A stretch of DNA of 64,000 nt, from the NCBI GenBank assembly GCA_964247055.1, contig OZ176060.1, positions 682,001-746,000 on the forward strand, given 5' to 3'. This DNA is from Paragordius varius (lineage: Eukaryota > Animalia > Nematomorpha). The position numbers and the translations under genes were made by a program. The notes below the pieces were generated by a model. The model was not told the origin of the DNA and searched no databases. It was given only the letters and a program-made list of their open reading frames with translations. Positions 1 through 14,049 of this stretch are shown here, in pieces. Position 1 is the first letter of the stretch, and every line of letters starts with the position of its first letter.

Positions 1-19
1 GTAAAATTAATAAATTGTA

Positions 20-240
20 GACCCCTTTGATATTAAAAATGAGGTTTTTAAATAATGAAAATATTAGAGTTTTTAAATTAGGAATAAATATTGAAGTTTT
101 TAATTTAGAATAAATATTAGGGTTTTTTAAATATTGAAAATATTGGGTTTTTTACATAATGAAAATATTGAAGTTTTTATAAATAATTAAAATTTTGGGA
201 TTTTTTATAATAAAAATATTGGGGTTTTTTGAAATAATGA
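20..240. repeat. ~28-bp degenerate minisatellite (aataatgaaaatattggggttttt-like); related block at ~1310-1440
   Basis: About 7 tandem units from 50 to 240. The leader agacccctttgatattaaaaatgaggttttta recurs at ~1309-1340 with one or two substitutions and is followed by the same units. Confidence 0.75.
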
Positions 241-254
241 AAAGGCTATAAAAT

Positions 255-780
255 TTCAACAAATCAATCAATAATGTACTTTTTATAATATTTTACAAAT
301 TTGCTGGGTATAATTATACCCTTTTTTCAATCAAATCTTACATCCTTACCCCTTTAAAAATAAATTAATCAATAATGTACTTTTTTTAATGTTTAACAAA
401 TGAATGTTTGTATATACCTCGTGGATTATTATTTCAAATCACCTGTTCAAATCAGCTGATTATATCTTAAATTTCAAAAATTAATCAATTAATGTACTTT
501 TTATAATTTTGTTTTACAAATTTGCTGGGTATAATTATACCCTTTTTTAAGATCAAATCTAAAATTTCAAAAATTAATCAATTAATAATGTTCTTTAATG
601 TTTTATAATGTTGTTTTACAACAATGTTTATATATTGTGCCTCGTGGATTATTATTTCAAATCAGCTGATTAAAAACATTTATAAATACCCCTGTGAAAT
701 AAAATAAATGTACTTTTAATAATGTACTTTTTATAATGTTTTAAGCAACATTGTTGTCTGTGAATAACTAAATTTCGATT
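255..780. repeat. Degenerate ~100-130-bp tandem repeat containing a 16-bp palindrome
   Basis: aataatgtactttttataat-like core at ~269, 371, 490, 585 and 707-720. GGGTATAATTATACCC at 306-321 and 527-542. cctcgtggattattatttcaaatc at ~418 and ~640. Confidence 0.7.
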
Positions 781-1449
781 TTCAAAAAGTAAAAAAAGTA
801 TTTAATCATTTATTAATATTATTTTATATTTTAAATCTAAATTTATTATTATATATATGTATGCAAATGACATTGCAATTATTTTACAACTATATATTTT
901 TTCAAAATATTTTGAATCTCTTGAAATAATTAAATCTTAAAATTTTGAAAAAACAATTTTTAGTTTAACTAAGATATATAAACTACATTTTTACCAAATT
1001 ATTGTTTTTAAATAATAAAAAGGCCTTAAAATTTCAACAAACTGTATTTATAATTTTGTTTTATACAAATTTTCCTATAAATTACTATATTTTAATTTTA
1101 AATTTTAAAATTATTTAATCATTTATTAATATGTCACCTATAAAAGGGTAATTAACCCCTATTTTTAAGATTAATTTCAGAATAATTAAAATATATATAT
1201 AAATTAAAATAATATATAAAATAAAATAAAAAAATGTAAAATTAATAAAATTAAATTAAAAAATTAAAATATTTATAAAAAAATAAAATAATATATAAAA
1301 TAAAATATAGACCCCTTTAATATTAAAATTGAGGTTTTTAAATAATAAAATATTGGCGTTATTTAAATAATAAAATATTGGCGTTTTTTAAATAATAAAA
1401 ATTTAGAATTAATAAATAATTAAAATATTGGGATTTTTAAATAAAAAAA

Positions 1450-1575
1450 ATAAATATATAAATTCGATTATAAAAATAAATAAAATTATTAAATATTTAA
1501 ATAATTTTAATTAAATTTCATCTTTTTATACATTGTTTCATGAATTAATTAAATTAAATTGTACAATTATATTAA

Positions 1576-1613
<38 letters not shown>

Positions 1614-1777
1614 TAATTATATTTTATATTTTATTATTTTTTTTGAAAAAAAAAAACTTAAATATATTAATTCGATATAAAAATAAATAAAATTTAAATA
1701 TTTTAATAAAATTTTATATATTTTATCTTTTTATACATTGTTTTAAGAATAATTAAATTAATTGAAACAATTATTTT

Positions 1778-1835
<58 letters not shown>

Positions 1836-2171
1836 TAATTATATTTTATATTTTATATTATTTTTGAATAAAAAAAACTTAAATATATTAATTTGATATA
1901 AAAATAAATAAATTATTAAATATTTAAATAATTTTAATTAAATTTCATTTTTTTATACATTGTTTCATGTTAATTAAATTAAATTGAACAATTATATATA
2001 TATTATTTAATTATATATATTTTATTATTATTATTTTGAACAAATAAAATAATAAACTTTAATATATTAATTCGAAATAAAAATAAATAAATTATTAAAT
2101 ATTTAATTAAATTTTAATTAAATTTTATCTTTTTATACATTATTTCATATTAATTAAATTAAATTATTTTA

Positions 2172-2216
<45 letters not shown>

Positions 2217-3089
2217 ATATTGTTTAATTATATTTTATATTTTATTATTATTTTGAATAAAAAAAAACTTAAATATATTAATTCGATATAAATTTAAATA
2301 TTTTAATTAAATTTATAAATTTTATCTTTTTATACATTGTTTCATGAATTAATTAAATTAAATTAACAATTATTTTAAAACTATATATATATATATATAT
2401 ATATTGTTTAATTATATTTTATTATTTTTTTGATTAAAAAAACTTAAATATATTTAATTCTATTATAAAAATAAATAAAATTTAAATATTTTAATTTTAT
2501 AATTTCATCTTTTTATACATTGTTTCAAGAATAATTAAATTAATTGAAACAATTATTTTAAAATTATATATATATATATATATATAATTTTATTATTTTT
2601 AATTAAATAAAAAACTTAAATATAATAATATTCGATATAAAAATAAATAAAATAATTAAATTTTAATTAAATTTTATAAATTTTATCTTTTTTTTGTTTC
2701 ATAAATTAATTAAATTAAATTGCAACAATTATTTTAAAACTATATATATATTGTTTAATTATATTTTATATTTTATTAATTTTGAATAAAAAAAACTTAA
2801 ATATATTAATTTGATATAAAAATAAATAAATTATTAAATATTTAAATAATTTTAATTAAATTTCATTTTTTTATACATTGTTTCATGTTAATTAAATTAA
2901 ATTGAACAATTATATATATATTATTTAATTATATATATTTTATTATTATTATTTTGAACAAATAAAATAATAAACTTTAATATATTAATTCGAAATAAAA
3001 ATAAATAAATTATTAAATATTTAATTAAATTTTAATTAAATTTTATCTTTTTATACATTATTTCATATTAATTAAATTAAATTATTTTA

Positions 3090-3120
<31 letters not shown>

Positions 3121-3465
3121 TGATATTGTTTAATTATATTTTATATTTTATTATTATTTTGAATAAAAAAAAACTTAAATATATTAATTCGATATAAATT
3201 TAAATATTTTAATTAAATTTATAAATTTTATCTTTTTATACATTGTTTCATGAATTAATTAAATTAAATTAACAATTATTTTAAAACTATATATATATAT
3301 ATATATATTGTTTAATTATATTTTATTATTTTTTTGATTAAAAAAACTTAAATATATTTAATTCTATTATAAAAATAAATAAAATTTAAATATTTTAATT
3401 TTATAATTTCATCTTTTTATACATTGTTTCAAGAATAATTAAATTATCTGAAACAATTATTTTAA

Positions 3466-3513
<48 letters not shown>

Positions 3514-3615
3514 TAATTATATTTTATTATTTTTGTGAATAAAAAAGACTTAAATATATTAATTCGATATAAAAATAAATATAATAATTAAATTTTATAA
3601 ATTTTATAAATTTTA
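1450..3615. repeat. Satellite A, ~180-220-bp monomer with embedded (TA)n, ~12 units, with a ~0.92-kb higher-order duplication
   Basis: Recurrent aattcgatataaaaataaataaa...atctttttatacattgtttc...acaattattttaaaac(ta)n ttgtttaattatatttt. Block ~1870-2560 is repeated at ~2790-3470. Confidence 0.9.
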
Positions 3616-3619
3616 TCTT

Positions 3620-4230
3620 TGATAAAACATGAAAATATAAAAGACCTTCAAAAGACAACCCCATAAAACATTATTTTTAATGAATTGATTAATCAGCTGA
3701 TCTGGAAAAAATCAGCTGATTTTAAAAATATTTACAATATTAATGAAATTATACTATGGACAAAACGGTGTAAAAAATATAAAGACAAATATTTTTCCTT
3801 AAAAGACAACCCTTTACTTTTTAAACCTTAATTATTTAAAATATAACTGATAAATCAGCTGATCTGCAAAAAATTATTTGATTTTAAACCTATATATATA
3901 TATATATATATATACAATAAAAATTAAAATTATACTATAAAAACGTGTAAAAATGTAAATACAAATATTTTTATCAAAAGACAACCCCATAAAATCTCAT
4001 TAATTTTAAAATAAAACTTGATCAGCTGATCTGCAAAAAATATTAAATTTTAAACCTATATATATATATATATATAAGAGTAAAAATTAAAATTATATAC
4101 AGACAAAACGTGTAAAAAATATATAAAGACAAATATTTTTTTCTAAAAAGATAACCCTTTTACTTTATAAGATATTAATTTTAGAATAAAACTGATTTAT
4201 CAGCTGATCTGCAAAAAATTTTATTTTTAA

Positions 4231-4269
<39 letters not shown>

Positions 4270-4743
4270 GAAATTATATATACTATGGAAGGACAAAACG
4301 TGTAAAATTATAACAATTTTTTATTGAAAAAACCTTATAAAACCATATTTATTTTAGAATAAAACTGATTAATCAGCTGATCTGCAAAAAAACCTTTATT
4401 CTAAACTTATATATATAGAGTAAAAATTGAAATTATACGGACAAAACTTGTAAATATATAAAGACAAATAATTTTCCTCAAAAGACAAAAACCTATAAAA
4501 CCTTAATATTTTTAAAATAAAACTAATTAATCAGCTGTGCAAAATATTATTTGATTTTAAATCTATATATATATATATAGAGTAAAAATTGAAATTATAT
4601 ACGGACAAAACGTGTAAAAATATATAAAGACCAATATTTTTCCTTAAAAAACCAACCCCATACTTTTTAGTAAAATTATGATTTTTTTCTTAAAATAAAA
4701 CTGATTAATCAGCTGATATGCAAAAAAAATATTTGATTTTAAA

Positions 4744-4778
<35 letters not shown>

Positions 4779-5767
4779 TGAAATTATATATACTATGGAC
4801 AAACAAAACGTGTAAAATTATATAAAGACTAATATTTTTTTCTAAAAAAAACCCATAAAAATTTATTTTTTTTAATATATTTTATATTAAAACTGATTAA
4901 TCAGCTGATCTGGTAAAAATTATTTGATTTTAAACATATATATATATATATATATACAGTAAAATCTGAAATTATATACGGACAAACGTGTAAAAATATA
5001 AAGACAAATATTTTTTTCTAAAATAAAACATATTTTTTAGTTTTTATTTTTTTTAAATAAAAACTGATTAATCAGCTGATCTGCAAAAAATTATCTAATT
5101 CTAAACTTATATATATATATATATACAGTAAAAGTTGAAATTATATACGGATAAAACGTGTAAAAATATATAAAGACAAATATTTTTCTCAAAAGACCAA
5201 CAGATAAAACCTTATTAATTTTAAAATATACCTGATTAATCAGCTGATATACAAAAAATTATTTGATTCTAAACCTACATATATTTCTATTTTACATTTT
5301 ATATACTATGAAGTAAAAATATAAAGACAAATATTTTTTTAAAAAAAACCATAAAACCTTATTAATTTTAGAATATAACAGATTAATCAGCTGATCTGAA
5401 GAAAATTATTCGATTCTAAACCTCTATATATATTATATATATATATACAGTATTGAAATTATATACGGACAAAACGTATAAAAATATATAAAGACAAATA
5501 TATTTCCTTAAAAGACAACCCCATAAAACCTTATTAATTTTAAAATAAAATTGATTAATCAGCTGATCTGGCAAAAAAACATTTGATTTGAAACCTATAT
5601 ATTGAGTAAAAATTGAAATTATATATACTATAGACAAATTGTAAAAATATAAAGACAAATTTTTATTCTAAAAAACCAACCTTTTATTTTTTAAGTAAAA
5701 TCTTAATTTTTTTAAATAAAAACTGATTAATCAGCTGATCTGCAAAAAATTATTTTTTTTAATAAAC

Positions 5768-5811
<44 letters not shown>

Positions 5812-5912
5812 ACAAATAATTTTCTTAAAAAAAACATATTTTTTAAAAAATTTTGTTATTTTTATATTTAAAACTGATTAATCAGGTGATCTGCAAAATA
5901 TTTGATTTTAAA

Positions 5913-5963
<51 letters not shown>

Positions 5964-6098
5964 TGAAATTATATGAATAAAACGTGTGTAAATATAAAGA
6001 CAAATATTTTCTAAAGTAAAAACCCATAAAACCTTATTAATTTTAGAATAAAACTGATTTATCAGCTGATCTGAAAAAAATTATTTGATTTTAAACCC

Positions 6099-6146
<48 letters not shown>

Positions 6147-6811
6147 ACAGTAAAAATTGAAATTATACGGACAAATGGTGTAAAAATATAAAGACAAATA
6201 ATTTTTCCAAAAGAAAACATATTTTTTAGGAAATCTTAATTTTTTTATATTTAAAACTGATTAATCAGCTGATTTGAACAAAAACGTGTAAAAATATAAA
6301 GACAAATTTTTATTTTTTAAAAGACAACCTTTTACTATTTAAACCTTATTAATTTTTAAAAATAACTGATTAATCAGCTGATCTGAAAAAAATTATTCAA
6401 TTTTTAACCCCGATATATATATATATATATACAGTAAAAATTGAAATTATTATACGGATGACATTTAGTTTTATATTTAAAAATTTTTTTTTAATTTAAT
6501 ATTTGTTAGTTTTAATTTAATTTTAGCATAGTTTTTTATTATTTTTTTAAGTTTTAATTTTATTTAAATTTTTAGTTCTGAAAGCATTCAAAATTATTTT
6601 TTTTTTTTTAAATTTTAAAATAATAAATTTAAATTATTTTATTCTTCACCCCTATATATAGATAAGCTGAAATTATACGGACAAAACGTGTAAGAATATA
6701 TAAAGACAAATACGTTTTCTAAAAAAAAACCCATAAAACCTTATTAATTTTAGAATAAAACTGATTAATCAGCTGATCTGCATAAAATTATTTGATTTCA
6801 AATTTTTATAT

Positions 6812-6842
<31 letters not shown>

Positions 6843-7370
6843 GTAAAAATTTCATTATACTACGGACAAAACGTGTAAAAATATAAAGAAAAATATTTAT
6901 TTTTCAAAAAAACCCACATAAAACCTTAATTTAAAATAAAACTGATTAATCAGCTGATCTGCAAAAAATTTTATTTTTAACCTATATATATATATATATA
7001 TATATACAGTAAAAATTAAAATTATATACTACGAACAAAATATAAAAATATAAAGACAAATATTTTTTATAAAGATAACCCACCATACTTTATTAAAATA
7101 TTATTTTAGAATAAAACTGATTAATCAGCTGATCTGCAAAAAAAAAATTATTCTAAACTTATATATATATTTATATATATATACAGTAAAAATTAAATAT
7201 ATAGTATAAACAAAATGTGTAAAAATATATAAAGACAAATATTTTTCCTCAAAAGACAAAACCCCATAAAACCTTATTAATTTTAAAATTAAAACTGATT
7301 AATCAGCTGATCTGAAAAAATTATTCTTAACCCCTATATATAGAGTACAAATTGAAATTATAAATTATTT
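3620..7370. repeat. Satellite B, ~160-190-bp monomer with CTGATTAATCAGCTGATC box and variable (TA)n, ~22 units
   Basis: Monomer aaactgattaatcagctgatctgcaaaaaattatttgattttaaacc(ta)n cagtaaaaattgaaattatatacggacaaaacgtgtaaaaatataaagacaaat...ccataaaacc is repeated throughout. One ~200-bp unrelated T-rich insert lies at ~6460-6650. Confidence 0.92.
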
Positions 7371-7374
7371 TTTG

Positions 7375-7800
7375 ATTTATAAAATTGTTTTTCAGAATTG
7401 CGTAGAGAACTAACCAGCTTTTTTTCAAATTTGTCCCTGAATTTATCCGCCCTCTTGGGTAAAAAAAAACAGGTGGGTTTAGGCAGAAATTTAAATCCCC
7501 CTAAAATTTTTGAGTTTTTATCAGAAAATCAGTTTATTTAGTTTCAATAGTGTCTTTTTATTTTACAATTGCGTTCAAGGTCTCTAAGCCATTTTTTTCA
7601 AATTTGCCCCTGAATTTATCCGCCCCCTCTTATGTCAAAAAACAGTTTTTTTCAAAAAATTTAAATCTCTAAATTTTATGAGTTTTTTTCAGAAGTTTCC
7701 AGAAAATGAGTTTAATTTAGTTTCTAAAATGTAATTTTATTTTTTAAAATGTTTTTTTATAATTACCCCAAGAGTGACAAAGTTTGTCCTTTAAAAAAAA
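7375..7800. repeat. Repeat C, a comparatively GC-rich dimer of ~170-bp units; second copy at ~12590-13030
   Basis: aattgcgt...caaatttgYccctgaatttatccgccctcttgggtaaaaaaaacaggtgg occurs twice in tandem here and twice again at 12620-12900. Confidence 0.85.
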
Positions 7801-10190
7801 TGGCTTTTTAAGATAATATTTAGATATTTTTAAAATTTCTTATTTAGTTTAATCTCAATTAGTGTAAAAATAATTAAATTTAGTTTTTAAACAAAGTTTC
7901 TAGAAAACAGCTGATTTAGTTTAAAAAATTTTCTGGAATATTCAGGTTTATAGAGAAAATATTTAAAGATTTCTTAGAATTTCGAAATTCTTATGAAAAA
8001 ATGAGTTTTTTTAAGATAATATTTTTAGATATTTTTAAAAATAAATTGTTTTTAAACGAAATTTCTAGAAATTTAATCAGCTGATTTAGTTTCAAAAACT
8101 TTTTTTATGAAAAAAAAATCGGGTTTTCAAGAAAATATTAATATTTGGATATTTCTTAGAATTTATTTCCTTATTTTAGTTTCAATTATTGTAAAAAATA
8201 AATTTAGTTTTTTCAGAAATTTCCAGAAAATATATATCAGCTGATTTAGTTTTAAAAACTTTTTTTATAAAAAATCGCGTTTTCAAGATAATATTTAGAT
8301 ATTTCTTAGAAATTTCCAACTCTTATAAAAAAAAATCGGGTTTTTAAGATAATATTTAAATATTTTTTTTAAATTCGAAATTATTATAAAAAAAAAGTTT
8401 TTTTAAGATTATATTTAGATATTTTTTAAAATTCCTTTCTTATTCTAACCTCAATTAGTGTAAAAATAATCAAATAAATTGTTTTTAAACAAAATTTCTA
8501 AAAATTATATCAGCTGATTTAGTTTTAAAACTTTTTTTATGAAAAAAAATTGGATTTTTAAGATAATATTTAGATATTTCTTAGAATTTCGAAATTCTTA
8601 TGAAAAAGGGTTTTCAAGATAATATTTAGATATTTTTTAGAATTTCTCTAAAATTAATTAGTGTAAAAATAATCAAATAAATTGTTTTTAAACAAAAATA
8701 TTTCTAGAAATAAGATCAGCTGATTTAGTGTTAAAAACTTTTTTTCTTATAAAAAAATCGTTTAAGAAAATATTTAGATATTTCTTAGAATTTCTTTAAA
8801 AGTTTTGAAATAATGAATTTTTTATAATAAAATTTTAAAAAATTATTTCCAGAAAATAAATAATCAAAAAATTGTTTTTAAACGAAATTTCTAGAAAATA
8901 AATCACCTGATTTATTTTTTAATATTTAAAAAAATCGGATTTTCAAGAGAATATTTAGATATTTCTTAGAATTTCGAAATTCTTATAAAAAAAATGGGTT
9001 TTTAAGATAATATTTAGATATTTTTAGTAAAATCTAAATTTTTATGAAAAAATGAGTTTTTTTAAAATTATAATTAGATATTTCTTAGAATTTCTCAACT
9101 TTTATGTAAAAAAATAAGTTTTTTTAAGATAATATTTAGATATTTTTAAAATTTAACTCTTATGAAAAAATCGATTTTATTAAGATTATATTTAGATAAA
9201 TTTAAAATTTTTTAAAATTCTTTCCTTATTTTAGTCTCAATTAGTGTAAAAATAATCAAATAAATTGTTTTTAACAAATTTCTAGAAAATATATCAGCTG
9301 ATTTAGTTTTAAAAACTTTATTTTAAAAAAATTAGCGTTTTTTAAGATAATATTTAGATATTTCTTAGAATTTCGAAATTCTTATAAAAAAATAAGTTTT
9401 TTCAAGATAATATTTTTAGATATTTTTAATCAAATAAAATTGTTTTTTCAGAAGTTTCTAGAAAATATGAATCAGCTGATTTAGTTTTAAAAACTTTTTT
9501 TGTGAAAAAAATGTGTTTTCAAGATAATATTTAGATATTTCTTAGAATTTCGAAATTTTTATAAAAAAATAAGTTTTTTCAAGATAATATTTAGATATTT
9601 TTTAAAATTTCTCTAAAATTAATTAGTGTAAAAATAATCAAATAAATTGTTTTTAAACAAAAATATTTCTAGAAATAAGATCAGCTGATTTAGTGTTAAA
9701 AACTTTTTTTCTTATAAAAAAATCGTTTAAGAAAATATTTAGATATTTCTTAGAATTTCTTTAAAAGTTTTGAAATAATGAATTTTTTATAATAAAATTT
9801 TAAAAAATTATTTCCAGAAAATAAATAATCAAAAAATTGTTTTTAAACGAAATTTCTAGAAAATAAATCACCTGATTTATTTTTTAATATTTAAAAAAAT
9901 CGGATTTTCAAGAGAATATTTAGATATTTCTTAGAATTTCGAAATTTTTATAAAAAAAATGGGTTTTTAAGATAATATATAGATATTTTTAATCAAATAA
10001 ATTGTTTTTAAACGAAGTTTCTAGAAAATATATCAGCTGATTTAGTTTTAAAAACTTTTTTTATGAAAAAATTGGGTTTTCAAGAAATAAAATTTAGATA
10101 TTTCTTAGAATTCCTTCCTTATTTTATTCTCAATTAGTGTAAAAATAATTAATAATTGTTTTTAACAAAAATTTTACAGAAAATGATAGT
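7800..10190. repeat. Satellite D, ~150-200-bp monomer built from ~45-50-bp subunits plus an AATCAGCTGATTTAG box
   Basis: Subunit gggttttcaagataatatttagatatttcttagaatttcgaaattcttat. Box atttctagaaaataaatcagctgatttagttttaaaaac. A near-identical ~350-400-bp block lies at ~8640 and ~9605. Confidence 0.9.
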
Positions 10191-10232
10191 CAGCTGATCT
10201 GCAAAAAAATTTTTTGATTTTAAACCTAAATG

Positions 10233-10288
<56 letters not shown>

Positions 10289-10565
10289 CCTGTAAAATTA
10301 TAAAGACAAATATTTTTTCATATAACATATTTTTTAAAAAAATTTGTTTTTTTAAAATAAAACTGAATGATCAGCTGATCTGCAAAAAATATTAAATTTT
10401 AAATTTATATATACAGTAAAAATTGAAATTATATACGGACAAAACGTGTAAAAATATATAAAGACAAATATTTTTTTTAAAAAAACAACCCTTTACTATT
10501 TAAACCTTAATTTTAGAATAAAACTAATTAATCAGCTGATCTGGAAAAAATTATTTCATTTTAAA

Positions 10566-10604
<39 letters not shown>

Positions 10605-11064
10605 AAAATTAAAATTATATACGGACAAAACGTGTAAAAATATAAAGACAGATATTTTGCTTCAAAAGACAAAACCCCATAAAACCTTTTTAATTTTAAA
10701 ATAAACATTGATTAATCAGCTGATCTGCAAAAAATTTTATTTTTAACCTATATATATATATAGTAAAAATTGAAATTAGATACGGAAAAAAAGTGTAAAA
10801 ATATAAAGACAAATATTTTTTTAAAAAAACCCACATAAAACTTTTTAGGTGATATTTTGATTTTTTATTAAAAACTAAAACTAATTAATCAGCTGATCTA
10901 ATAATATTTGATTTTTAACCCCTAAAAATTGAAATTATATACGGACAAAACGTGTAAAATTATAAAGACAATAATTTTTTTTAAAAAACCCCATAAAACC
11001 TAATTTTGTTCAACTGAAAACTGATTAATCAGCTGATCTGCAAAAAATTATTTAATTTTAAATC

Positions 11065-11105
<41 letters not shown>

Positions 11106-11377
11106 CAGTAAAAATTATAAATATCTACGGACAAAACGTGTAAAAATATAAAGACAAATATTTTTTTTAAAAAAACCATAAAACCTCATTAATTTTAAAA
11201 ATATAATTGATTGATCAGCTGATATGCAAAAAATATAAAATTTTAAAACTATATATATATATAGTAAAAATTAAAATTATATAAATGTTAAAATATAAAG
11301 ACAAATATTTTTTTCTAAAACACCCATTAAATTTTATTAAAACCATTAATTTTGACTAATTAATCAGCTGATCTGGA

Positions 11378-11385
<8 letters not shown>
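10190..11385. repeat. Satellite B, second block (~8 units)
   Basis: Same monomer as 3620-7370. Confidence 0.9.
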
Positions 11386-11418
<33 letters not shown>

Positions 11419-11980
11419 TAATTATATTTTATATTTTATTATTTTTTTGAATAAAAAAAACTTAAATATATTAATTCGATATAAAAACAAATAAAATTTA
11501 AATATTTTAATTAAATTTAAATTAAATTTTATCTTTTTATACATTGTTTCAAGAATATTAAATTAATTGAAACAATTATTTTAAAATTATATATATATAT
11601 ATATATATATATTATTTAATTATATTTTATATTTTGTTATTATTATTTTTAAATATATTAAATAATAAACTTAAATATATTAATTCGATATAAAAATAAA
11701 TAAAATTTATATTTTATAAATTTTATCTTTTTATACATTGTTTTAAGAATAATTAATTAATTTGAAACAATTATTTTAAAATTATATATATATATATATT
11801 ATTTAATTATATTTTATATTTTATTATTATTTTTGAACAAATAAAATAATAAACTTAAATAAATTAATTCGAATTATAAAAATAAATAAATTATTAAATA
11901 TTTAAATAATTTTAAATTAAATTTCATCTTTTTATACATTGTTTAAAGAATAATTAAATTATCTGAAACAATTATTTTAA

Positions 11981-12020
<40 letters not shown>

Positions 12021-12120
12021 TAATTATATTTTATTATTTTTGTGAATAAAAAAGACTTAAATATATTAATTCGATATAAAAATAAATATAATAATTAAAT
12101 TTTATAAATTTTATAAATTT
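11385..12120. repeat. Satellite A, second block (~4 units)
   Basis: Same monomer as 1450-3615. The A-to-B junction at ~11930-12300 is nearly identical to ~3420-3800. Confidence 0.88.
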
Positions 12121-12124
12121 TATC

Positions 12125-13985
12125 TTTGATAAAACATGAAAATATAAAAGACCTTCAAAAGACAACCCCATAAAACATTATTTTTAATGAATTGATTAAT
12201 CAGCTGATCTGGAAAAAATCAGCTGATTTTAAAAATATTTACAATATTAATGAAATTATACTATGGACAAAACGGTGTAAAAAATATAAAGACAAATTTT
12301 ATTTCTAAAAGACAACCCTTTACATTTTAGGTGAAATTATGGTTTTTTTCTTAAAACTAAAACTTATTAATCAGGTGATCTAGACAAAAAAATTATTTTA
12401 ATTCAGACCTATATATAGTAAAAATTAAAATTATATATACTATGAACAAAATAAAATATAAAGACAACCCCATACTCTTTAGGTGAAATTATGATTTTTT
12501 TATTAAAATTAAAAATTATAAATCAGCTGATATGCAAAAAATTTGATTTTAAACCTATATATATATAAAGTAAAAATTAAAATTATAAATTATTTTTTGA
12601 TTTATAAAATTGTTTCAGAATTGCGTAGAGAACTAACCAGCTTTTTTTCAAATTTGCCCCTCAGTTTATCCGCCCTCTTGGGTAAAAAAAACAGGTGGGT
12701 TTAGGCAGAAATTTAAATAGTCCTAAAATTTTTGAGTTTTTATCAGAAAATCAGTTTATTTAATTTCAATTAGTGTCTTTTTATTTTACAATTGCGTTCA
12801 AGGTCTCTAAGCCATTTTTATCAAATTTGTCCCTCAGTTTATCCGCCCTCTTGGGTAAAAAAAACAGGTGGTTTTTAGGCAGAAATTAAATTCCCCTTAA
12901 AATTTTATGAGTTTTTTTCAAAAGTTTATAGAAAATGATAATCAGCTGATTTAATTTCTTTTAAAAATGTAATTTTACTTTTTAAAATATTTTATGATTA
13001 TCCCAAGAGTGACAAAGTTTGTCTTTATTATAAATTGTCACTGAATAATTTTAATAACTTATTTAAAATCGGGTTTTTAAGATAATTTATAGATATTTTT
13101 TAGAATTTTCCAACTCTTATTTAAAAAAATGGGTTTTTAAGATAATATTTTTAGATATTTTTAAAAATAAAAATTGTTTTTAAACAAAATTTCTAGAAAA
13201 TAAATCAGCTGATTAGTTTTAAAAACTTTTTTATGTAAAAAAATGGGTTTTCAAGATTATATTTAAGATATTTTTTAGAATTTCGAAATTCTTATAAAAA
13301 AATAAGTTTTTTCAAGATAAAAATTAGAAATTTTTAATAAAATAAATTGTTTTTGAACAAAAATTTGTAGAAAATATGGATCAGCTGATTTAGTTTTAAA
13401 AACTTTTTTTGTGAAAAAAATAATGAGTTTTTAAGATAATATTTATATATATCTTAGAATTTCGAAATTCTTATAAAAAAAGTTTTTTTCAGATAAAATT
13501 TTAAAATTCTTTTCTTAGTCTATCCTTAATTAGTGTAAAAATAATCAAATAAATTGTTTTTTTAGAATTTTCTAGAAAATAAATCACCTGATTTAGTTTA
13601 AAAAACTTTTATTATAAAAAAAATCGAATTTTCAAATTATATTTAAAGATTTCTTAGAATTTCCAAAATCTTATATGAAATAATGAGTTTTTAAGATAAT
13701 ATTTTTAGATATTTTTAATAAAATAAATTGTTTCTAAACAAAGTTTCTAGAAAATAAATCAGCTGATTTAGTTTTAAAAACTTTTTTATAAAAAAATCGG
13801 GTTTTTAAGATAATATTTAGATATTTCTTAGAATTACCCAACTCTTATCTGAAAAAATCTGTTTTTAAAATAATATTTTTAGATATTTTTAATAAAATAA
13901 ATTGTTTTTAAACAAAATTTCCAGAAAATAAATCAGCTGATTTAGTTTTAAAATGTAATTTTATTTTTTAAAATGTTTTTAATTG
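12125..13985. repeat. Second B-C-D series (B ~12125-12590, C ~12590-13030, D ~13040-13985)
   Basis: Same order and junction sequences as 3620-10190, including the B-to-C junction attataaattattttttgatttataaaattgttt(tt)cagaattgcgtagagaactaaccagc. Confidence 0.88.
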
Positions 13986-14049
13986 CACCATGGATTAGTA
14001 ATTTTTGTTTTTACAGTATTTTATTTTAATGGTGATTGATTATTTCACA

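Noticed and set aside
5416-5658. 80-aa minus-strand ORF from the track
   Set aside because: It lies entirely in satellite B and spans a (TA)n tract; composition is that of the repeat.
7470-7490. TTAGGC nematode telomere hexamer (also at ~12700 and ~12876)
   Set aside because: Single copies inside repeat C; no tandem array.
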